Source: Candidatus Saccharimonadota bacterium (GTDB lineage Bacteria > Patescibacteriota > Saccharimonadia > Saccharimonadales > Saccharimonadaceae). From it: a stretch of DNA of 64,000 nucleotides. The notes under the pieces were generated by a model. It was not told the DNA's origin, made no database searches, and saw only the letters and a list, made by a program, of their open reading frames with translations. Shown here piece by piece: positions 57,549 to 64,000 of this stretch; position 1 is the first letter of the stretch, and the number at the start of each line of letters is the position of its first letter. The stretch spans positions 1,741 to 65,740 of the forward strand of contig JABCOK020000008.1 of the NCBI GenBank assembly GCA_013333645.2. The letters run 5' to 3'. A program made the translations under genes and the position numbers.

Positions 57549-57728
57549 ATGTATAGTGTGCAGTATACTGCAAAAAAGCTTGGAATTGCGACGAAGAAGT
57601 ATAGAGCGATCGATGACTATAGGCCAATGTTTTGCCTCTCGTCCGAGCAGTTCTTGCAGATTCAGCACTACCGTGAAAAGCATCTTAATCCATATGTAGA
57701 GCATAAGGGCTCCTCGCAAGAAGGGTAA
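57549..57728 (+). CDS. Possible 59-aa HTH-like protein (below ORF-track cutoff)
   Basis: MYSVQYTAKKLGIATKKYRAIDDYRPMF...; YTAKKLGIATKKYRAI resembles a Xis/MerR-type HTH; weak SD. Confidence 0.3.
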   Translation: MYSVQYTAKKLGIATKKYRAIDDYRPMFCLSSEQFLQIQHYREKHLNPYVEHKGSSQEG

Positions 57729-57764
57729 TTCTCCTCTGTCGCAAAACTTGCTATAATATCAAAC

Positions 57765-58724
57765 ATGACAGCGATAACCGTCCAGCCTCTCCCTGGCTAC
57801 AAAGAAGTCAAGCCTTTCGTCTACGCAGGGTTTTTCCCGGTGTCTAATGAAGATTACAATGACCTCAAGGAGGCGATTGAGCGGCTGAGCCTGAGCGATA
57901 GTGCGCTGCAGTTCGAGCCGGAGAATTCGCCGGTGTTGGGCTATGGTGTGCGGATTGGCTTCCTTGGCCTCTTGCATATGGATATCATTCGCGAGCGGCT
58001 GGAGCGTGAGTATAATCTAGACCTCATCGTCACCAACCCAAGTACCGACTACCAAGTGAGCTTGACCAATGGCGATGAGCTAGATATCAAGTCTGCCAGC
58101 GAATTGCCTGACCCAGCCCAGATCAAGGAGATTCGTGAGCCGTGGATTGATGGTGAGATCGTCGTACCCCAAGATTACATCGGCGCAGTAATCCAGCTCA
58201 TCGTTAGCAAGCGCGGTCGGCAAAAGAACCTCAGTTACATCGACGAGCGTGCCCTCATCTCCTTTGCAGCACCACTGGCTAATCTCCTGACGGATTTTTA
58301 TGACCAACTCAAGTCGGTCACCAGCGGCTACGGCTCGTTTAATTATGAACTGCGAGGCTACCAAGCGGAGGATTTGGTGCGCGTGGATTTCTACGTGGCA
58401 GGTGAGATGGTTGATGCGCTCAGCGTTATGTGTCATCGCTCGGAGTCGCAGCGGCTGGGGCGCGAGGTGGTGAAGAAGCTCAAGGATGTCGTGCCGCGCC
58501 AGAGCTTTGAGGTGGCACTGCAGGCGGCGATTGGTGGGAAGTTTATTGCCCGCGAAAATATTGGTGCCTACCGCAAAGATGTCACTGGCTATCTCTACGG
58601 CGGTGATGTGAGCCGCAAAAAGAAACTCCTTGCCAAGCAAGCCCGCGGCAAGAAGCGCATGAAACGCTTTGGCAAAGTTGATATCCCTAGCGAAGCCTTT
58701 ACGGTAATGCTCAAGCGAGACTAA
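57765..58724 (+). CDS. lepA: Elongation factor 4 (LepA), C-terminal piece: domains III, V and LepA C-terminal domain
   Basis: Starts MTAITVQPLPGYKEVKPFVYAGFFP; GFLGLLHMDIIRERLEREY; C-terminal GKKRMKRFGKVDIPSEAF; TATAAT 7 nt before ATG. Confidence 0.9.
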   Translation: MTAITVQPLPGYKEVKPFVYAGFFPVSNEDYNDLKEAIERLSLSDSALQFEPENSPVLGYGVRIGFLGLLHMDIIRERLEREYNLDLIVTNPSTDYQVSLTNGDELDIKSASELPDPAQIKEIREPWIDGEIVVPQDYIGAVIQLIVSKRGRQKNLSYIDERALISFAAPLANLLTDFYDQLKSVTSGYGSFNYELRGYQAEDLVRVDFYVAGEMVDALSVMCHRSESQRLGREVVKKLKDVVPRQSFEVALQAAIGGKFIARENIGAYRKDVTGYLYGGDVSRKKKLLAKQARGKKRMKRFGKVDIPSEAFTVMLKRD

Positions 58725-58747
58725 CAACTAACAGGAGTTGTGTGCGA

Positions 58748-58858
58748 GTGCAGATACGTTATGATCGATTGACGGCCGATATAGACAGAGCACTCGTGTA
58801 TGACAATGTGCCACCTGCAGAGAGAGAGAGAGCGATTATCGGCATTGGCGAGCAGTGA
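58748..58858 (+). CDS. Possible 36-aa ORF coupled (GTGA overlap) to the next gene
   Basis: AGGAG at 58733-58737, GTG 58748 (or 58742); contains the (AG)7 tract. Confidence 0.3.
   Translation: MQIRYDRLTADIDRALVYDNVPPAERERAIIGIGEQ
58819..58832. repeat. (AG)7 dinucleotide repeat
   Basis: AGAGAGAGAGAGAG read directly; the longest simple-sequence tract I noticed in the window. Confidence 0.95.
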
Positions 58859-59238
58859 GCTTAGCGCGGCTTGCGCTAGAACTGAGCAATGGCAACGACG
58901 CGCTTACTCTTGATGGCATGCCAGTGCATTTTACTCGTCACTATGCGGACGCACGACGCACAGCACAGTCAATTTCCCGTGGCCAGTGGACATACCAAAC
59001 GCGCGGTAGAGAAGAGGAGATTGCAGTAGCGATTCATCATGAGTTTCGACCTGAGCAGCAGCTCCAACCAGCATTGATTATTGCGCACAGACAATATCAC
59101 GCTGCAACGAAACCAGATTATATGGGGATACCTGATTGTGTGCGTATCGGAGGACGTATGACAGATATCGATCGGTACTCCCAAGAGTTCCTGGAAGACT
59201 ACTTTCAGATAGATCTAAACAATATCAAGAATAGCTAG
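58855..59238 (+). CDS. Hypothetical protein (127 aa)
   Basis: ORF starting at a GTG that overlaps the upstream stop; no motif recognised. Confidence 0.45.
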   Translation: MSLARLALELSNGNDALTLDGMPVHFTRHYADARRTAQSISRGQWTYQTRGREEEIAVAIHHEFRPEQQLQPALIIAHRQYHAATKPDYMGIPDCVRIGGRMTDIDRYSQEFLEDYFQIDLNNIKNS

Positions 59239-59298
59239 CTAGCTTCTTATGTCAAGGGTGAGAAGCCACGCTCTACGATGTGCTATCATAAATATGAT

Positions 59299-60030
59299 AT
59301 GACTATGACGAATCTTCAATCACTTATCGAACAGTATCAGCCAACTAAGGCAGTGCGCCAGCTTGTATGCGACACGAGGATTGTGCTGCTCGTTGGCATC
59401 TCTGGGGCCGGCAAGGATACGACTAAGCAGCGGTTGCTCGCGAGCACCGAGTTTGCCGATATCGTCTCGTACACCACCCGTCAGCCTCGCCAAAACAAAG
59501 GTGTGTGGGAGCAAAAGGGAGTCGACTATCATTATATCGATGAAGCGACTGCCGCAGAACTGTTGCAAAGCCGTGCTTTTGTAGAGGCGAAGTTTGTCCA
59601 TGGGACGCTCTATGGTACAGGGGTCAGGCAGATTCAGGATATTCGCGATGCAGGTAAGATTGCTGTGACGGATATTGATGTGCAGGGCGTTGATGAGTAT
59701 AAGAAACTCTCCCCAGGTGTGGTCGCGATATTTCTCTTGCCGCCGAACTTCCAGGAGTGGCGCCGCCGCCTCAGTGTGCGCTATACCTCGCAGGCGGAGT
59801 TTGATCGTGAGTGGCCCAAGCGCTACACCAGTGCAATTCGCGAGATCACCCACGCACTCGAAGTCCCATACTACCACTTTGTCATCAACGATGATATCGA
59901 CGAGACGGCGCGCATTGTGCGGGCGATTGCCTCCAAGCCAGATGTGTATAATCGCAAGGATGACGAAGCTCGCTTGGCGGCGCGAGACTTGCTCGATAGC
60001 CTCTTGCGCGAGCACCCGGAGCATGTATGA
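59299..60030 (+). CDS. Guanylate-kinase-like P-loop NMP kinase
   Basis: P-loop GISGAGKDT, GVDYHYI...FVEAKFVHGTLYGT typical of Gmk. Confidence 0.65.
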   Translation: MTMTNLQSLIEQYQPTKAVRQLVCDTRIVLLVGISGAGKDTTKQRLLASTEFADIVSYTTRQPRQNKGVWEQKGVDYHYIDEATAAELLQSRAFVEAKFVHGTLYGTGVRQIQDIRDAGKIAVTDIDVQGVDEYKKLSPGVVAIFLLPPNFQEWRRRLSVRYTSQAEFDREWPKRYTSAIREITHALEVPYYHFVINDDIDETARIVRAIASKPDVYNRKDDEARLAARDLLDSLLREHPEHV

Positions 60031-61457
60031 GTAAGCCAGCCACGCATGCTGCCGCTGAGCTAGGTGATGCAGAGCATAAGCAGCGTTCATCTCTGGCGCT
60101 GCGTCGACCAGTGTGGTCGCCCACGGCGTTGGTCGATCAAGGGTTCTTTATTTTTGCGGGGGTGGCGTCATTTTGGTTTGTTTGGCTGGTGTGGCGCGAG
60201 GGCTGGCACACTGGTGGTTGGTGGCTGGTAGGGTTCTTTGCTGTGGTGTGGGTGATTACGGCATATTTTGCATTGCCGCGCTTGCACCGTATCTTAAGTA
60301 GTATTTATGTGCCCAATTATTTCATTGGTCGAACACGCACCACAGATGGCCTCCTCGGAGATCCGGTTAATCTCGCTTTTCGCGGTAGCGAGGCCCAGTT
60401 ACACCGTGCCATGACGGCCGCCGGCTGGGCGCTGGCTGATGACGTGACGGTGCGCTCGTCGCGGCGGATTATTCTTGCCACACTGACCCGCCGCAGCTAT
60501 CCTAATGCACCAGTCTCACCTCTAGTGCTGTTTGGCCGGCAGCAGGACTTTGCCTACCAGCAGGAGATTGACGGCAACCCGGGCAAGCGCCACCATGTGC
60601 GCTTTTGGCGCTGCCCCCAGGGGTGGTTGTTGCCCGGCGGGCATCAGGTGGACTGGCTGGCGGCTGGTACGTACGACAAGAGTGTGGGGCTATCAATCTT
60701 TACGTTGCAAGTGACACACAAGATCGACGAAAACACCGACATCGAGCGTGACTACGTCGTCAAGACAGTCACGCGCGCCCTTCGTTCGATTGAGCTAACG
60801 GTGCTGGAGGATTTCTCGACGGGCTACCACTCGCGCAACGGGGGTGGGGATAATATTATTACCGATGGCGACCTGCCCGTTATCGAGCTTGGCCGTGTCC
60901 GCGCCAAAGCAAGCGAAGACGAGGACGTGCCTTCCCATCTGATTCTCGACGCAACGACGCACGAGACTATGCCCGATGAACACGCTACTCTCATGTCGCA
61001 ATTTTTGAGTCGCCGCCCGCCGCAAATCGCCCTTGGGATTATTATGATTGGCCTGGCGATTGCTGTGGCCACGATGAGCACCTTCTTCGAGATTCTCAAC
61101 TTTAGCCACTTGCGCATGGAGGTGGTACGAATTTTTCACGACAGTGGCCTGCCGCTGCAGAGTATTGAGAGTGCGACGCATATCGTGGCGACTATCTCAG
61201 CCATTGTATCTACAACGTGGATTGGCATCGTGATTTTTCTTGCGGGGCTAACCTTCCGCGGCAGCGACCGCTCGCGTATTTTGCTGATGAGCATTGCTAG
61301 CCTTGCAGCGGTGATTAGTTCATTTGGGCTGACGATCGGCAGGGTTACATGGTCGGCTGCTGGCACATTGCTCTTCATTGGCGTCAACATCGTCATCGTG
61401 CTCATGTTCTCCACCGACGCTGCCCGACGCTTCACCCGAGCGCGCAGCGGGAAGTAA
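60027..61457 (+). CDS. Membrane protein with central LssY-C-terminal-like domain
   Basis: TM helices at both ends. Central GDPVNLAF.G....L...M..AGW..AD...FGRQQDFAYQ....NPGKRHHVRFW pattern recalled from the LssY_C family. Confidence 0.5.
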   Translation: MSKPATHAAAELGDAEHKQRSSLALRRPVWSPTALVDQGFFIFAGVASFWFVWLVWREGWHTGGWWLVGFFAVVWVITAYFALPRLHRILSSIYVPNYFIGRTRTTDGLLGDPVNLAFRGSEAQLHRAMTAAGWALADDVTVRSSRRIILATLTRRSYPNAPVSPLVLFGRQQDFAYQQEIDGNPGKRHHVRFWRCPQGWLLPGGHQVDWLAAGTYDKSVGLSIFTLQVTHKIDENTDIERDYVVKTVTRALRSIELTVLEDFSTGYHSRNGGGDNIITDGDLPVIELGRVRAKASEDEDVPSHLILDATTHETMPDEHATLMSQFLSRRPPQIALGIIMIGLAIAVATMSTFFEILNFSHLRMEVVRIFHDSGLPLQSIESATHIVATISAIVSTTWIGIVIFLAGLTFRGSDRSRILLMSIASLAAVISSFGLTIGRVTWSAAGTLLFIGVNIVIVLMFSTDAARRFTRARSGK

Positions 61458-61699
61458 TGGTCGCAAATTTGTAGGTTATACCCGGTACTGTTACGCTGTT
61501 TCTACTCTGGTATGGTGAGAGGGGATAGGCTACTTCATCTGATGGAGCTACTATCGATCGTAACAATTAACCCTGACCTCAGGGAGAGGAGCTGAATAAT
61601 TACGAATAATATTCATCCTTACCAATCTTCCAGGAAAGGGGTGATAACAACGAGAGGTGTGAGAACTGGCAAAGCTTTGGCAGCTCAAATTCACTCAGA

Positions 61700-62263
61700 T
61701 TGACAGCAGGGCAAAAAATCGCTACACTACCTGATATTGTGACAGAGCAGATTGGTGATTTTGACGGTATTGTCAAGGGTCTTAGTACTGGTCCTGATCT
61801 TGATAGTTATATTCCTAAACAATGTCGAGAGTGCCCACAGCTAGCAGGGATAATAGAGGCGCTCAAAATGGCATGGGAGCAGAATGAAGCGCTGAAGCGT
61901 ACAGTACTTGAAACAGTAGACAATATTACAACATGGCTACGAGTGCAAGGCATGTCTGAGGAGGAGATAAAGCAGATCCTAGAAGACCCGGAGCGGCTAG
62001 AAGAGGCACGAGCTGAGTATGGGAAGATCGTAGAGATGAAGCTTGCTATAGGGGGTGCCGCGTTCAATCAGCTGCTGCCAGGAATAGAAAAGCAAACAGC
62101 AGGCTGTCCTGGAATTATAAAATGCATAAGTCGAGATGGAGAAACGGTTGTAGAGGTGTGCGGCTCACACACTATGCCCAATGGGAAAAGTGACGAAGTA
62201 GCGACAGTCCGTCGTACTGGCAGAGGTGAGCAGGACCCATCCGAATCAGGCACCTCCGACTAA
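61700..62263 (+). CDS. Hypothetical Cys-motif protein, paralog 1
   Basis: FDGIVKGL...SYIPKQCRECP module shared with 62316..62618; start ambiguous (TTG 61700 or GTG 61739). Confidence 0.5.
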   Translation: MTAGQKIATLPDIVTEQIGDFDGIVKGLSTGPDLDSYIPKQCRECPQLAGIIEALKMAWEQNEALKRTVLETVDNITTWLRVQGMSEEEIKQILEDPERLEEARAEYGKIVEMKLAIGGAAFNQLLPGIEKQTAGCPGIIKCISRDGETVVEVCGSHTMPNGKSDEVATVRRTGRGEQDPSESGTSD

Positions 62264-62315
62264 TAGCAGTCTATTTGCGCCAATAAATAACGACAGAGGG
62301 ATATACAAAACACCG

Positions 62316-62618
62316 ATGGCATCAGATAAAGAACGAGAATTTTATGGCATTGTGGAGGGGCTTGATGAGCCAGAGATATCTGCGGCTTCTTATATCCCCA
62401 AGCAGTGCTATGGCTGCCCACGAGCAGCCGAGTTACGCCGCAGGATAGCGATGACTGCCTGGACATATAGTGAGCTCTGGAAAAATTGCTTTGACATTGC
62501 AGATGGTGACCCTGACCTAGGCAAGGCCATCGTACGTGCTATGGATCGGCTCAAGCAGCAGAATCTACAGGCAAGAAATGAACTGAGCCAGCTCGTTGCT
62601 CAGTGTGAGGAGCGCTAG
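62316..62618 (+). CDS. Hypothetical Cys-motif protein, paralog 2
   Basis: FYGIVEGL...SYIPKQCYGCP module; start at ATG 62316 by analogy with paralog 1. Confidence 0.5.
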   Translation: MASDKEREFYGIVEGLDEPEISAASYIPKQCYGCPRAAELRRRIAMTAWTYSELWKNCFDIADGDPDLGKAIVRAMDRLKQQNLQARNELSQLVAQCEER

Positions 62619-62838
62619 TTGTGATAGGTAAAATAGTAAGAAGAAATAGCAGAGTGACAGAGGCAGCAACTACCGCATGTATGTTGCCATCACTCCCGCA
62701 CCGCGAAACAATCGAGAGCGCAATGATCAAGCATCACGATCTCGACGACCAAGGAACAGGAGGATAGATTGCTGTGACGCGTCTCGCTAGCAGACGAGGC
62801 TTAGCAGCAGGGAATAGGCTACATCTTCCACTAGCTCG

Positions 62839-62865
62839 TTAGCACTCTATTGACGAGAGTGCCAA
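62839..62865 (+). promoter_or_regulatory. CIRCE operator (HrcA binding site) overlapping the hrcA promoter
   Basis: TTAGCACTC-N9-GAGTGCCAA vs consensus TTAGCACTC-N9-GAGTGCTAA; TTGACG inside the spacer, TATAAT at 62874-62879. Confidence 0.85.
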
Positions 62866-62885
62866 CTCTGCGCTATAATGCGGCT

Positions 62886-63596
62886 ATGACAGAACGGCAA
62901 CAAGCGATTCTTTCTGCTATCATTGAGCAATACGCCGAGATCGCTGCCCCTGTGGGGAGTGTGACGCTGGCGAAGCTATTTGGGGTGTCTAGTGCAACCA
63001 TTCGCAGTGAGATGGCCAAGCTCGAGGAGATGGGCTTCGTTAAAGCGCCGCACACCAGTGCTGGGCGTATCCCCACCAGCAAGGGCTACCGCTTCTACGT
63101 CAATGGCATCACCAACGCCCAGATGAGTGAGCTACCTAGTGGGATTGATCGCAGCACCAAGGCTATTGAAGCGCACGTCAACTCACATCTCGATGCAGCC
63201 GATCGAGCTATTCGCAGTGCGGTGGATAGCCTCGTTGAGCTCACGGGTAACCTGGGCTTTGCTACCATTGGCAGTGAGCTCTATATGAATGGCATTAGTC
63301 GGCTTTTTAGCCAGCCAGAATTTCTTGAGGGTAAGCATGTCCAATCGGTAGCACATTTGATTGACAATATCGAGCCGTGGCTGCGCGAAGCCCGGCCCAA
63401 TGAGCCGCTTAACGTCTATATTGGCAGCGAGAACCCCATTGGCAAGAGCAGTGATGCGACGCTCATTATTAGTAAATTTCGCTCGCCCTATAGCGATCGC
63501 AGCTACATTGGTGTGATTGGCCCCATGCGCCAGCACTACCGCCGCACCATCGAGCTGGTCAAGCGCACTGGGGTGATGCTGGAGGAGATATTATGA
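62886..63596 (+). CDS. hrcA: Heat-inducible transcription repressor HrcA (compact, 236 aa)
   Basis: N-terminal LSERQ-type wHTH (MTERQQAILSAIIEQY...PVGS...SSATIRSEMAKLEEMGF...HTSAGRIPT.KGYR.YV), C-terminal IGVIGPMR..Y; CIRCE upstream. Confidence 0.85.
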   Translation: MTERQQAILSAIIEQYAEIAAPVGSVTLAKLFGVSSATIRSEMAKLEEMGFVKAPHTSAGRIPTSKGYRFYVNGITNAQMSELPSGIDRSTKAIEAHVNSHLDAADRAIRSAVDSLVELTGNLGFATIGSELYMNGISRLFSQPEFLEGKHVQSVAHLIDNIEPWLREARPNEPLNVYIGSENPIGKSSDATLIISKFRSPYSDRSYIGVIGPMRQHYRRTIELVKRTGVMLEEIL

Positions 63597-63653
63597 TGAC
63601 ACGACCACTGTTATTTGCGCTGCAGCCATGCTATACTATGAAGGATAATGACA

Positions 63654-63672
63654 ACTGAGCAGTCTGCTCAGT
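63654..63672. promoter_or_regulatory. Perfect 19-bp palindrome between a TATACT box and the grpE SD
   Basis: ACTGAGCAG-T-CTGCTCAGT; TGCTATACT at 63628-63636 upstream, AGGAGG at 63695-63700 downstream. Confidence 0.5.
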
Positions 63673-63710
63673 ACCACAGGCAACACCACTAGGCAGGAGG
63701 AATGATATCG

Positions 63711-64000
63711 ATGACAAAACACAAGAAAGCGCCAAATATAGCCGAGCTCGAGCAGCAGATTGGCGAGCTCACGCAGGATTTGCAGCGCACCAGAGCAGAC
63801 TTTGAGAATTATCGCAAACGCGTTGATGCCGAAAAATCCCAGGCCAAGGCAGCGGGTGCTCAGCAGGCAATTCGCAAGCTCTTGCCTGTGATTGATACGA
63901 TCGAGCGCGCCACTGCCAACGTCCCTAAGAAGCTCCAGAATGACACCTGGGCGAGTGGGGTGGTGGCAATGTCGAAGAAGCTCGATGGCTTGATGGCAGA
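63711..64000 (+). CDS. grpE: Nucleotide exchange factor GrpE, N-terminal part (3' end outside window)
   Basis: AGGAGG 10 nt upstream; coiled coil then the DFENYRKR motif; frame open to window end. Confidence 0.85.
   Translation, partial: MTKHKKAPNIAELEQQIGELTQDLQRTRADFENYRKRVDAEKSQAKAAGAQQAIRKLLPVIDTIERATANVPKKLQNDTWASGVVAMSKKLDGLMA

Larger units (their letters stand above)
51080..57764 (+). other. 6.7 kb insertion/island separating the two lepA pieces (7-8 co-oriented genes)
   Basis: Bounded by the lepA N-piece stop and the C-piece ATG; visibly more AT-rich toward its right half; no integrase seen. Confidence 0.7.

Noticed and set aside
51080-57764. Calling the lepA insertion a prophage, ICE or IS element.
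   Set aside because: There are no recombinase, capsid, conjugation or terminal inverted-repeat features. Only a weak border similarity and a speculative small HTH ORF support mobility, so it is described as an island of unknown origin.
63597-63710. A second CIRCE element in front of grpE.
   Set aside because: No TTAGCACTC/GAGTGCTAA half-sites are present there. Only the unrelated 19-bp palindrome is present.

Overview
This is a densely coding, moderately GC-rich bacterial chromosomal window with about 80 supportable ORFs and 3 tRNAs. I saw no rRNA, no CRISPR array, and no recognisable transposase, integrase or reverse transcriptase. Housekeeping genes recognisable from motifs are tyrS, aspS, tilS, ftsH, murJ, a MurC-like ligase, trmB, tsaC, dinB, hrcA and grpE (the last runs off the window). 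Also present are an OmpR/HK two-component pair, a PadR-PspC pair, DsbA, MscS, VIT1, an IMPase and several alpha/beta hydrolases. TGA is used as a stop codon. Gene content (many Nudix/house-cleaning hydrolases, few biosynthetic genes, many small envelope proteins) and promoter layout suggest a reduced-genome lineage such as Patescibacteria/Saccharibacteria. That taxonomic reading is inference only.

Main observations:
1. lepA (EF4) is encoded in two intact, separately promoted halves (50108-51079 and 57765-58724), split at an interdomain linker by a 6.7 kb seven-gene insertion.
2. That insertion carries 3 Nudix genes, a DUF218/YdcF gene, a GrpB gene, a polytopic membrane protein and an 827-aa orphan with a near-consensus promoter. 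It is my best candidate for an undescribed system.
3. A second nucleotide-hydrolase cluster lies at 34.7-37.1 kb: an HD-CYTH fusion divergent from a wHTH-degenerate-Nudix gene and MazG.
4. A tandemly duplicated cassette at 6.8-9.1 kb pairs membrane-anchored paralogs with decaying lipase-like gene fragments.
5. Smaller oddities:
- A flavoprotein disulfide reductase homolog lacks both redox cysteines.
- All three CAU-anticodon tRNAs cluster near tilS.
- An (AG)7 tract sits at an ORF junction.
- A -10 box lies 6-9 nt before the ATG of many genes, implying leaderless transcripts.

All calls come from reading the translations and the DNA. No database search was run.
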